A stretch of 36,220 nt of DNA from Thermoguttaceae bacterium (GCA_045651945.1 JAZRTH010000049.1:1-36220); one strand, 5' to 3'; shown: positions 18,607 to 27,500, numbered from the stretch's first letter. Notes: generated from the letters alone by a model not told the origin. A program made the numbers and translations.

Positions 18607-19565
18607 TTTTTATCGGATTCCTGTCGCGTATGGTTTTGATTTCTTTGTAATACAATTTCCGCGTTTCGCTTCAGCCCGTCCAGACCGCAGCGGGAAACCG
18701 GCGTGGCGCCGAAGCGCGTCTGGAACTCGTCTTCTGTCATGCGAAGAACTTCGTTGACGTCTATATATACGGGCTTGACCGGTCGATTGTGCGGGCAGAC
18801 GTCCTGGCAAACGTCGCAACCGAATACCCGATTCCCAACGCGGCTGGCGATTTCGTCTGGAATTGGCCCGCGATGTTCGATCAGCCAGTAGCTTAAACAA
18901 CGCCGAGCGTCCAAGCCGGACTCGGACAACGCGCCCGTCGGGCAGGCGTCGATGCACCTGTTACAATTCCCGCAGGAAACGAACCGTCCGCCTTGACCGG
19001 GCGTTGGATGAAGGGGTTCTGTCGACAGCAAAACCGCCAAGTTGACTCGGCTCCCCCAATCGCCGCACTGCAAGAGCGTGTTTTTGCCGATGTATCCAAG
19101 TCCGGCAGTCAGAGCGGCGTCTTTTTCCAAAATCGGAGCGGTATCGACAACGCCCCGGCATTTGCCGTTGGGAAACAGTTCTCGGTGAGTTTGAGCAAGC
19201 TGCTTGAGCGTTCGGCGAATTCGGCTGTGGTAATCTTCGCTAACAGCATAAAACGCAATTCGACCTCGAACAGCGCCTGACGCTTCGCCCGTTTCGTCTT
19301 CCAGACTAGGGAAAGCGCTTTTTGCAAGCGATTCCGTCTCCTGCGGCATTGCCAGTACAACCATCGACCGGACGCCGGGCAGAACAGTGTTGGCGTCTGC
19401 GTACGCTTCGCGCCGAGCGGACAGGTACGTCATGTCGGCATTACAGCCGTCGTCCAGCCAGCGATAAAACCTGTCCAAGCCGTTCGGACGCCGCGCTTCA
19501 ATAATCCCGGCGGATACCGCCCCGAGTTCCTTCGCTCTCGACAGTAATACTTCCTCTGCGCTCAT
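18603..19565 (-). CDS. queG: Epoxyqueuosine reductase (tRNA queuosine biosynthesis)
   Basis: Two 4Fe-4S ferredoxin motifs, CGNCNRCIDACP and CDVCQDVCPHN, plus the N-terminal QueG-type region (DYHSRIRRTLKQL). Confidence 0.85.
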   Translation of the reverse strand: MSAEEVLLSRAKELGAVSAGIIEARRPNGLDRFYRWLDDGCNADMTYLSARREAYADANTVLPGVRSMVVLAMPQETESLAKSAFPSLEDETGEASGAVRGRIAFYAVSEDYHSRIRRTLKQLAQTHRELFPNGKCRGVVDTAPILEKDAALTAGLGYIGKNTLLQCGDWGSRVNLAVLLSTEPLHPTPGQGGRFVSCGNCNRCIDACPTGALSESGLDARRCLSYWLIEHRGPIPDEIASRVGNRVFGCDVCQDVCPHNRPVKPVYIDVNEVLRMTEDEFQTRFGATPVSRCGLDGLKRNAEIVLQRNQNHTRQESDKK

Positions 19566-19613
19566 ATATCATAGTATAATACGAATTGAACGCAAAAAGA
19601 AGGGGGGGAGCGA

Positions 19614-19641
19614 GTAATTCGGAATGCGGAATGCGGAATTG
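19614..19641. repeat. Heptamer tandem array GTAATTC GGAATGC GGAATGC GGAATTG
   Basis: 7-nt period, enclosed by an 8-bp stem GGGGAGCG (19605-19612) / CGCTCCCC (19650-19657), in the queG upstream leader. Confidence 0.8.
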
Positions 19642-19683
19642 GCGCAAAGCGCTCCCCTCGTGGTTTACTACTGCCTTATTATT

Positions 19684-19748
19684 AGGTTCGCCTAACGGCG
19701 AATGCGTAATTCCGCTCCCGTTGGTCGCTCCATTACCGCCTTTCAATC
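19684..19748 (-). repeat. Conserved ~65-nt 3'-end element, copy 2 (overlaps the stop codon of the DUF308 gene)
   Basis: AGGTTCGCC TAAC GGCGAA TGCGTAATTCCG ... TCCATTACCGCCTTT aligns with 15041-15104. Confidence 0.7.
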
Positions 19749-20372
19749 AACATTACCCTCAACTGCCTCTTTTTCACTCTGCGCCCGCTTGTGAATTCTC
19801 TTTATCGCAATGAATATCGACAGGAGCGTAATCCCGCCGACAAGCAGGTCGATTCCAAACAGCAGCCCGACAATCCAGGTTGAGTCCATCGGAATAATCC
19901 AGAGGATTAAAACACCTAAAATGACGGACATGATTCCGCTGAAGAGCGACATCCCGTAGGAAACGCCGCTAAGACGTCCGAAGCCGAAGATTTTCAAACC
20001 GCCTTCAACGAGGAAGTAGACGCCTAGCGTCAGGGAGAGCGCGTAAAGCCCCAGCAGCGGGTGCAAAAGCATAATCGCCCCGGAGATAATCGCCAAAATC
20101 GACAGCAGCCCTACCAGAATTCGCTGGCTGACCTTTTTCCAGGCGAAAATATGGAACGCAAACGTCAATCCCGTTCCGATCATCACGCAGCCCAGCACGA
20201 CGTTTATGATTTCACTGAAGAAAAACGGCGAGATAATCGCCACGATTCCCAAAACGCAAATCGTTGCTGCAGCGGCAATTAGGGAAATTGACGGTTTCGG
20301 CAGACGAAACGCCGACGGCTGAACCAACACGTCGTCGGTTTTATCGTTATAAATGGTTGTTGGATTTGTCAT
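19743..20372 (-). CDS. HdeD/DUF308 family membrane protein
   Basis: Six predicted TM helices with repeated G-rich helix pairs (HPLLGLYALSLTLGVYFLVEGGLKIFGF). The ATG at 20372 (MTNPTTIY) is preferred over the track TTG at 20465. Confidence 0.7.
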   Translation of the reverse strand: MTNPTTIYNDKTDDVLVQPSAFRLPKPSISLIAAAATICVLGIVAIISPFFFSEIINVVLGCVMIGTGLTFAFHIFAWKKVSQRILVGLLSILAIISGAIMLLHPLLGLYALSLTLGVYFLVEGGLKIFGFGRLSGVSYGMSLFSGIMSVILGVLILWIIPMDSTWIVGLLFGIDLLVGGITLLSIFIAIKRIHKRAQSEKEAVEGNVD

Positions 20373-20550
20373 TATAGCTCCTTGAAATGTTCTAAATAAC
20401 CGGGAAATTAACGCTTCTGAACGAATATTTTCTTTAAACTGCTTAAATTGTATCCCTGTCGGCAAAAATTTTTTCCGTTCCGCTCCTTGTCAATATTATT
20501 CTTTGATGTACAATAGACAGAAAATGCTTCTTCTGGCGAGTCCGAAAATG

Positions 20551-20678
20551 AGAAGCTTCTAGCTATTAGCCCCTAGCTGTTAGCTCGAGGGTTATAGTTC
20601 TTAGCGTTTAGCTTTTAAAGCTGGAAGCCAAGAGCAAAAAGCTAGAAGCTAAAAGCTGGGAGCTAGGAGCTATTTAGC
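20551..20678. repeat. Degenerate heptamer array NNNAGCT, about 18 units with one 9-nt slip
   Basis: AGAAGCT TCTAGCT ATTAGCC CCTAGCT GTTAGCT ... AAAAGCT AGAAGCT AAAAGCT GGGAGCT AGGAGCT. It lies in the divergent region between the DUF308 gene and prs. Confidence 0.8.
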
Positions 20679-20692
20679 AACGCACTTGAATT

Positions 20693-21664
20693 ATGTATAC
20701 CTACAACCTCATACCTGAAATGAAAATTTTTAGCGGTCGGTCGAATCCGGACCTTGCAACGCGGATGTGTGATTACCTGGGCGTCAAGTTGGGTAAAATC
20801 TCGATTGGCAACTTCCCAGACGGCGAAATTTTTTGCAAAATTGAAGAAGACGTTCGCGGACGCGACATTTTCATCGTTCAGTCAACCGGTCGAGACGTCA
20901 ACGAAGCGTTGATGGAACTGTTGATTATGATCGACTCGTTCCGTCGCGCCAGCGCCTCTCGCATTACCGCCGTTATTCCGTATTACGGATACGCACGACA
21001 AGACCGCAAAGACGAAGGCCGCGTTCCGATTACCGCCAAGCTGGTTGCGAATCTGCTCACCAAGGCGGGCGTTGACCGCGTTCTGTCCATCGACCTGCAT
21101 GCAGCTCAGATTCAGGGCTTTTTCGACATCCCCGTCGATCATCTGCACGCAACGCCAGTTCTGGACGAATTCATTATGAAGATGAATCTGCCGCAGGACA
21201 AGCTCATGGTCGTCAGCCCGGACGAAGGCAGCATCAAGCGCGCTCAGGCGCACGCAGACAACCTCAACTGCCCGCTTGCCGTGGTCGACAAACGCCGAAC
21301 CAGCGCAACGGAAACCCGTCAGGCAAACCTCATCGGTCCGTCGGTTGAAGGGAAAACCGTTATCCTCTTTGACGACATGATTTCCACCGCCGGATCAATC
21401 ACCGGAGCGGCGAAGATGGTCAAAGACGCCGGCGCGGAAAAGATTTATCTGTGCGCCACTCACGGCGTTTTCTGCGGCGACGCCCTCAACAAGCTCAACA
21501 ACGCGCCCATTGACGGCTTGGCTGTTACAAACACGATTTACATTCCGGAAGATCAGCGGCCCAACAACACCGTTGTCGTTGACGTTTCCGCCATGCTGGC
21601 AGAAGCCGTCAGACGAATTCACTACAACGAATCCGTCAGCATGCTGTTCAAATCCCGATACTAA
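20693..21664 (+). CDS. prs: Ribose-phosphate pyrophosphokinase (PRPP synthetase)
   Basis: MKIFSGRSNPDLA start region, YYGYARQDRK flexible loop, and PRPP-binding loop VILFDDMISTAGS. The alternative ATG at 20720 (MKIFSG) may be the true start. Confidence 0.95.
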   Translation: MYTYNLIPEMKIFSGRSNPDLATRMCDYLGVKLGKISIGNFPDGEIFCKIEEDVRGRDIFIVQSTGRDVNEALMELLIMIDSFRRASASRITAVIPYYGYARQDRKDEGRVPITAKLVANLLTKAGVDRVLSIDLHAAQIQGFFDIPVDHLHATPVLDEFIMKMNLPQDKLMVVSPDEGSIKRAQAHADNLNCPLAVVDKRRTSATETRQANLIGPSVEGKTVILFDDMISTAGSITGAAKMVKDAGAEKIYLCATHGVFCGDALNKLNNAPIDGLAVTNTIYIPEDQRPNNTVVVDVSAMLAEAVRRIHYNESVSMLFKSRY

Positions 21665-21700
21665 TAAGACACAATAGACCGTAGAGAATAAACGATATTT

Positions 21701-21740
21701 AGACGAGCCACAGGGTTAAATTTGTGGCTCGTCTTTTATT
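21701..21740 (+). terminator. Rho-independent terminator after prs
   Basis: 12-bp stem AGACGAGCCACA / TGTGGCTCGTCT (21701-21734) followed by TTTATT. Confidence 0.75.
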
Positions 21741-21750
21741 ATCAAGATTG

Positions 21751-24084
21751 TTACTTTACAACCTCGCTTGCAGCTTTGGCGGCGCGAAGCATAACGGCTT
21801 TGAAATTCTCTTGAGTTCGTTCCAGCGTCGGACGCTGATCTTTTAACGGCGTTGACAGCAATTCCGCTTTCTTCTCAGTTAAGACTTTCTTGAAGCTGCC
21901 CGGATACGTAAAGGCGGACTTGTCGTCTCGGTCCAGCCGATCGGTCGCCCAGTCGCAGATGGTTTTTATGCACGGCATATACCACGTCTGCATGAGTTCG
22001 TACTGATGAGACTGGCAATATTCGCACGAGGCGTTGTCGAGAATGACGCGGTCGAAGTCCGGGTTGACAATCGGCTCGACGGCGTTCATTCTCTCGACGG
22101 TTTCATAAATGGAATAGTCCGAATGTAATGCGAGCGTGTCTCGCATCGCCTCCGCCAGTTCGTAGTAAGCATTGACTTTCGCTCTTGCCTGTTCGGCTGT
22201 GATTTTCCCGTCGCGCCAGTCGTTCATGGCGGCAAAGAGTGTAACGCGGGCGCAGGTCAGCATACGGTCAAGCGTCGTTCGCGCCAGGTCGATGGAATCC
22301 CGATGAACGAACGGGGTTGACCATTCGACTTCCGCCAGACGCGTAAAGACCTGCGGGGCGTTTTGCAGCCGCGGAATCTGATCTCGGCTGGCGTTTCTCC
22401 AGACAGAGGCGTCTTGCGGTTTGACTTTGCCGTTCATCGTGTTGAACGTCTGAGACCAGAAGTTGCCACTCCAGTCGAGCATTTGAGAAATCGGGAGAAC
22501 GTCGCGCCAGATTGTCAGCATTTCGTCCGCCTGAGCGTCGTATCTGTCACGACAAAATTCGGTCAGCAGTTCGTCGGTTGTCTTGCCTGGCTTCCAGGAG
22601 TTGGCTGTAAAGAAATTCAGCATAAAAATATCAGAATGGGAGTTCTCCGGCCAGAGGATGTATCCGCGGCAGAACGGATCGTTGACGACCTTCGCCATGC
22701 GTTCTTCGATTCTCGGATAGTTCCCGCGGATGTCCATCGCCGATTCGTACGCCTGAAAGATTCCAAATGTGTACGGGAACTTGCCGATGACGTCCCAGTT
22801 GGTAATGTTGTGATCGGTTTTTGTGTCAACTTCGTAACACCACAAAATTGTGTTGTTCGGGTCAAGCTGACTGACGCATTCACGTACATCTTGTGGTTTC
22901 CAGAAAAGAAAATCCCAGCCAACTAAAAGCAGCTGACCGTTTGGATAACGGCTGCGAAGACTGTCTGTCAATCGACGAAATACGTATTTTTTCAGTTTCA
23001 CGTCGTCTCCTGGATCGTTATTAATGACAAGACGTTCCGCTGTAGCGATGGTATGAAACAGCTCCGGTTTGCCGTAGTTGTCGATATGCGCCTGAGTCAG
23101 CTGCCAGTAATAGTCCAGATACTTGTCCTCATGAATATCCCAAACCTGATTGGTTTGTTCCACTATTTTACCACTAAGATTAGTTATCTTATCCAGGAAC
23201 TCCGGTTTGACTTTGTCTAAAAACTGCTTGGGCGTGCGAGAATACCAGTGAGTCATCGTTCCGAAATCTTCCGGGTGCATCAAGTCGCGGTCGAAGGCGT
23301 ACTGTAACAAAGCCTTTCTCAGCTGACCGCGGTACTGCAGCGACCAGAACAGCGAACGGTTATTGTAGCCGGACAAGGCTTCCGGCAGAGGCTTGGACGG
23401 GTCGGGATAATCGACGACGTCAGGAAACGCCTTTTGGAACAAGTCGTCCATGCCGATTCGCAGCATAAATATGTTCTGACGCTTTTTGACAAGCCAGTCA
23501 ATCTCCTGTTTCCAGTCGTCCAAAGACCAATGCTCCGCCTGGAATCGATGAAGACCGCGATGGGCGAAATACCGCATTCCGCGATAATAGAACCGCGGCG
23601 ACTCTGTTACATCCAAGCCGGTAATATCGATAGCGTCCTGATGGGGAACGACGTCGCCGTCCCAGAACCATCGACACCCGCCGCGCGTTTCCAGAAAGCA
23701 GTAGACCGCGTACAGCGTAGAACGTCCTCGCCCGCCCGCCAGAATCAGGTGCGTTCTCGCCCCGTCTTTGACGGTCAGCAGACGGAACTCGTCAGACGCT
23801 GTTTTGAGCGGGAAATCGCGAATAACTTTCCGTTCAACCAGCTGACGAACAAACGGGTTGACCGCATCCGACCCGATAACAAGATAGCTGTCCTCGCCGT
23901 TGGATTGATTGACGATCTCGAGCGTCTGCCCGGTAATCTGATTCCAGTACTTTTGAAGTTCCTGCCCTGCGATCTGATACGCCTGACCGTGACAGTCTCC
24001 GGGAACCAGAATCTTCAACTCTGCCGCGCTGGCTGTCAAGCAGAGCAAGCTCAAAACAATACATAAAAAATATCGAGTTTTCAT
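21751..24084 (-). CDS. GH89-like alpha-N-acetylglucosaminidase, secreted
   Basis: The ATG at 24084 gives the signal peptide MKTRYFLCIVLSLLCLTASAAE. Segments resemble NAGLU-family motifs: WSLDDWKQEIDWLVKKRQNIFML, VGWDFLFW, ILWPENSHSDIF and a helical C-terminal domain. This is recall-based similarity, not a search. Confidence 0.55.
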   Translation of the reverse strand: MKTRYFLCIVLSLLCLTASAAELKILVPGDCHGQAYQIAGQELQKYWNQITGQTLEIVNQSNGEDSYLVIGSDAVNPFVRQLVERKVIRDFPLKTASDEFRLLTVKDGARTHLILAGGRGRSTLYAVYCFLETRGGCRWFWDGDVVPHQDAIDITGLDVTESPRFYYRGMRYFAHRGLHRFQAEHWSLDDWKQEIDWLVKKRQNIFMLRIGMDDLFQKAFPDVVDYPDPSKPLPEALSGYNNRSLFWSLQYRGQLRKALLQYAFDRDLMHPEDFGTMTHWYSRTPKQFLDKVKPEFLDKITNLSGKIVEQTNQVWDIHEDKYLDYYWQLTQAHIDNYGKPELFHTIATAERLVINNDPGDDVKLKKYVFRRLTDSLRSRYPNGQLLLVGWDFLFWKPQDVRECVSQLDPNNTILWCYEVDTKTDHNITNWDVIGKFPYTFGIFQAYESAMDIRGNYPRIEERMAKVVNDPFCRGYILWPENSHSDIFMLNFFTANSWKPGKTTDELLTEFCRDRYDAQADEMLTIWRDVLPISQMLDWSGNFWSQTFNTMNGKVKPQDASVWRNASRDQIPRLQNAPQVFTRLAEVEWSTPFVHRDSIDLARTTLDRMLTCARVTLFAAMNDWRDGKITAEQARAKVNAYYELAEAMRDTLALHSDYSIYETVERMNAVEPIVNPDFDRVILDNASCEYCQSHQYELMQTWYMPCIKTICDWATDRLDRDDKSAFTYPGSFKKVLTEKKAELLSTPLKDQRPTLERTQENFKAVMLRAAKAASEVVK

Positions 24085-24140
24085 GGCAGTATGGGGAGAG
24101 TAAATAAATGTTTTTCTGAGCGCGAGAGCTACGCTCTCGC

Positions 24141-24166
24141 TATAAAAGCGGGAGCTTTGCTCCCGC
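24141..24166 (-). terminator. Rho-independent terminator after the MBL-fold gene
   Basis: The minus strand reads GCGGGAGC AAA GCTCCCGC followed by TTTTATA. A second hairpin, GCGAGAGC TAC GCTCTCGC, lies at 24122-24140. Confidence 0.7.
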
Positions 24167-24187
24167 ACTCCGAAATGTCACTAATTC

Positions 24188-25534
24188 TCAACAGTCCCAC
24201 GGACCGTAAACGGCTTTGACGGTCATGGATTCGTCGTTGGCGGTGAGATAATAAACCTTGTACTTTGTTCCGCCGTCGTAGGCTTTGACGACAACGTGTC
24301 CGCCGCGTTTGACGATTTCGTTTGTCCATGGCTGTTGGTTGATGGTTTGAATTTCGTTTGGATTGTAAACCGTTGGGCAGATAAGGCGGTCGCCTTGATA
24401 CAGTTCCTGAGACGTCATGGAAGGCAGCGTTTTCATATTGACCTGGGAACGGCTCCAGACGTTTTGAACGTAGACGTGGGCTTGCAGTTCCTTGACGAAT
24501 TCCGGACGCATGGCGTCTTTAAATCCGTGATGGTTCGCCTTACAGACGTGAACTTTCCCAACGATCTTTCCCGTCATGGCTTCGTAGCCGATGTCTTTCC
24601 CGCCGTTGTCTTTTACAACGCCGCTATAGTCGCCGGCGGTGAAGAACCGGAACTTCCCGTAAGAAAGACGCAACCCGATGCTGAACAGGTTCTCGTTCGC
24701 GCCGGGTCTGTCGTTGTGCGGGTACTTGAGAAACAGGTTTTCCGTCGCCAGCTCAACGTCCGGATTGAACTCGTCTTCCGGCTTCGGGGCTTCCGTACAC
24801 AGCGTTCCGTTTCCGCAAACGTTAAGAATCTGAAACTGTCCCTTGAACTTGTCCGGCGACTTTTTGAGAACAATCTGATTCCCGCGTCCGACCACAAACG
24901 GGGTTCGTTTCAGCCCGTTCGTCTTTTCCTGATACTGGACGAACTTGAGCCAGTTGTGAATTTCGCCCTGACGCATCGCGGTAACAGGCGCGGTGTAATC
25001 TGGATACGAGCGGTCGAAGACCTCGTCAAAATGAATGAACTCCGCCACTTGAGCCAAGCCGGAAAGACGGTAATCTTCCCCGCGCCCGGACGTCATTTCA
25101 TTGTGTTCGTAATTGTTTCCGCAATGGTCGCCATGGAAATGCGAACACATCATATAATCGACGTGATCCCCAGCCGGATTGACGCGCTTGATATACCGCG
25201 CCACCCATTCCCCGGCGTGCCTGGTATTGTCTGGCAAGACAGGAATGCCTTGCCGCGGGGGAACGTCGCCGGTGTCGATAAGAATCGACGTGCCGTCCGG
25301 GAAAATATGATAGCACGATTCCGACAGCCCCGTATAGATGAAATGCAGATCGAGGTCGCCCTCTTTCCAGCCTGCGTACGGCTTGCCGGTTTCCGGACTT
25401 TCGGACGGCGTCGGCTCAGGAACGGCGTCTTCCGCCCGGCAAGACTCAACGCCTCCCAGCTGAGAAATAACAAACGGCGCGGCTATGCACTGACCCAAAA
25501 ACAAACGGCGGGATAATGATTTGCGTTTACGCAT
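24188..25534 (-). CDS. MBL-fold metallo-hydrolase, Tat-exported
   Basis: Tat signal SRRLFLGQCIAAPF. HxHxDH motif (SHFHGDHCG). Later His residues (ANHHG). Confidence 0.8.
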   Translation of the reverse strand: MRKRKSLSRRLFLGQCIAAPFVISQLGGVESCRAEDAVPEPTPSESPETGKPYAGWKEGDLDLHFIYTGLSESCYHIFPDGTSILIDTGDVPPRQGIPVLPDNTRHAGEWVARYIKRVNPAGDHVDYMMCSHFHGDHCGNNYEHNEMTSGRGEDYRLSGLAQVAEFIHFDEVFDRSYPDYTAPVTAMRQGEIHNWLKFVQYQEKTNGLKRTPFVVGRGNQIVLKKSPDKFKGQFQILNVCGNGTLCTEAPKPEDEFNPDVELATENLFLKYPHNDRPGANENLFSIGLRLSYGKFRFFTAGDYSGVVKDNGGKDIGYEAMTGKIVGKVHVCKANHHGFKDAMRPEFVKELQAHVYVQNVWSRSQVNMKTLPSMTSQELYQGDRLICPTVYNPNEIQTINQQPWTNEIVKRGGHVVVKAYDGGTKYKVYYLTANDESMTVKAVYGPWDC

Positions 25535-25723
25535 GACTTTTAACTCCTGTTATGATTTACCAAAGGTCGTTTTTCTTATTATAACCACTATGAAATGAAA
25601 AGTCAAGAATCGTTAAGAAGAATAAAACAGCAAAGAGGAATAATCTTTTCACGTTCGATTCCACAAATGTTACATTTACTTTTTGATCACCCGTCGATAA
25701 CGTCTACGCTAAAGGGCGTTCTG

Positions 25724-26023
25724 TCATTTGATCTCGGCGCGATTGATAATTATCGTTTCTTCAATGGGCGCGCCCATCGTCCAGTACTTCCAGCCGTCAA
25801 TTATCAGATAAGGAAAGTTGTAGCTCCCCCAGCGCATAGGCGTCCCGAATTCTCTTTGCAGGCGGACAAACCTGTCGAATTCTTCGTTGTTGAGAGTGCA
25901 GCGATTGCGGACAATATAGAAATGCGGAATCTTCGGCATCGTCTTGGCAAACGTCCAACTATTCCGAGCAATGCAGTCGCGGACAAACGCTAAGTCTTCA
26001 GGAGAAAGCGGGCTGTTATCCAT
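25724..26023 (-). CDS. Small conserved hypothetical protein (100 aa)
   Basis: ATG at 26023 (MDNSPLSPEDL). Motifs WTFAKTMPKIPHFYIV and DGWKYWTMG look like a conserved small-domain family that I cannot name. The 132-aa track version would overlap the pfp stop. Confidence 0.55.
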   Translation of the reverse strand: MDNSPLSPEDLAFVRDCIARNSWTFAKTMPKIPHFYIVRNRCTLNNEEFDRFVRLQREFGTPMRWGSYNFPYLIIDGWKYWTMGAPIEETIIINRAEIK

Positions 26024-26118
26024 GTTCAAAGAAAACAGAAAAAAAGAGCGTATACAGAAACCGGGATTCGGAACAGGCGCCAGTAAGGCGTTGTTCCGAA
26101 TCCCGTATTGCTTATTTA

Positions 26119-27321
26119 TCATTCAACGTTTCCGCCCTGAAAACGAACGTACTTCGGCAGTTCGCCAATCAGCGGACGCAGATATTCGATGCAGGCGTCT
26201 GTAACAAACAGATTTTCGTCGTCGATGAATTCGTCGGGCATGGGCTTGGCGCCGATAGCGACGTCTTTCAGCGGGGCGGTTCCCAGCGAGTACTTGTAGG
26301 GGCTGGTCGAATCGCGTTCGATGGTAACCATGACGCCCGTCGTGCCTTCAACCGCCAGTTCGACAGCGCGCTTTCCGCAAGCGTACGCTTCGTCGATGTC
26401 AGACTGGTTGGCTCTGTCGGCAGCGCACATCTGGAGAGATTCCGTAACCTGGAATTCGCCGCGCCAGCCGAATTCTTCCTTGATCATCTGATGCAGCATC
26501 ATGGCGGCAGAGGTTCCGCCCATGGCGCCGAATTCGATATTTGAGAACTTGTCAGCCGTCTTGGACGCGCTGACCGGTGTTCCGTCAGCGTAGCAGACGC
26601 CTTCGCCGCAGACGATGCTCACCCAGCCGAACTGATCGTAAACCTTTTTGACCTGTCCGAGGAACTTGTCTCTGTCAAAGGCGCGTTCCGGAACGAGAAT
26701 AATATGCGGAGCGTCGTCACAGGCGTCTTTTGCCAAAGCCGCGGCGGCGGGAAGCCAACCGGCGGATCTGCCAACCGTCTGGAAAATGACATACTGGTCA
26801 ACGCGCTTCATGTCGCGAGCGAGCATGCCAGCCTGCTTGACCGACATGGCGACGTAACGTCCGGCAGAGCCGAATCCCGGCGTGTGGTCGGTGCAGCAAA
26901 GGTCGTTGTCGACGGTTTTCGGAACGCCAACGCCGCGCAGTTCCCAGCCCTGTTCTTTGCAGTACTGTTCCATACGGCAAATCGTGTCCATCGTGTCGTT
27001 GCCGCCAGCCAGGAAGTAGTAACGAATGTTGTACTTCTTGAACATCTCCAAGGCGGGAGCGAAATCGCCTTCCTGGAGCTTGTGTCGGCAAGAACCAAGA
27101 GCGCTGGAGGGCGTGTACTTCAGACCTTCGATAATCGCGGGATCTTCTTTGCCCAGATCGATAACTTCATTTTTCATGAACCCTTCGATGCCGTAGCGCA
27201 TGCCGTAGACATGTTCGATGGCTTCCTGTTTGAGGGCTTCCTGAATAACGCCGCACAGCGACGAGTTAATAACCGAGGTCGGACCGCCGGACTGACCGAC
27301 AATAGCGTTTCCTTTAAGCAT
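26119..27321 (-). CDS. pfp: Phosphofructokinase, predicted PPi-dependent
   Basis: PFK family motifs GQSGGPTSVINS, GGNDTMDT and PKTVDNDL. Asp and Lys occupy the positions equivalent to E. coli PfkA Gly104 and Gly124, the classical PPi-specificity signature. Confidence 0.85.
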   Translation of the reverse strand: MLKGNAIVGQSGGPTSVINSSLCGVIQEALKQEAIEHVYGMRYGIEGFMKNEVIDLGKEDPAIIEGLKYTPSSALGSCRHKLQEGDFAPALEMFKKYNIRYYFLAGGNDTMDTICRMEQYCKEQGWELRGVGVPKTVDNDLCCTDHTPGFGSAGRYVAMSVKQAGMLARDMKRVDQYVIFQTVGRSAGWLPAAAALAKDACDDAPHIILVPERAFDRDKFLGQVKKVYDQFGWVSIVCGEGVCYADGTPVSASKTADKFSNIEFGAMGGTSAAMMLHQMIKEEFGWRGEFQVTESLQMCAADRANQSDIDEAYACGKRAVELAVEGTTGVMVTIERDSTSPYKYSLGTAPLKDVAIGAKPMPDEFIDDENLFVTDACIEYLRPLIGELPKYVRFQGGNVE

Positions 27322-27500
27322 TTGAAAATACTCCTTGGTAAAATATAAGGGTAAATGAGTTTATACTTCTACGTGAACTCTTATGTTCAATTATACCCAC
27401 AAAAAATTTTTTTGGAATACCCTTGTCAGAAATTATACAATAATATTCTGTTTACTTTGGAAAAATGAAGGCAAAAGACGTCTGACGCCAACGAAACGCC

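Noticed and set aside
24296-25516. 406-aa plus-strand ORF
   Set aside because: It is the mirror ORF of the MBL-fold hydrolase gene, which has a Tat signal and an HxHxDH motif. The antisense product is Arg/Val-rich with no motifs.
26024-26122. 132-aa version of the small ORF, starting at 26122
   Set aside because: It would overlap the pfp stop codon and adds a non-protein-like N-terminus. The internal ATG at 26023 is more plausible.
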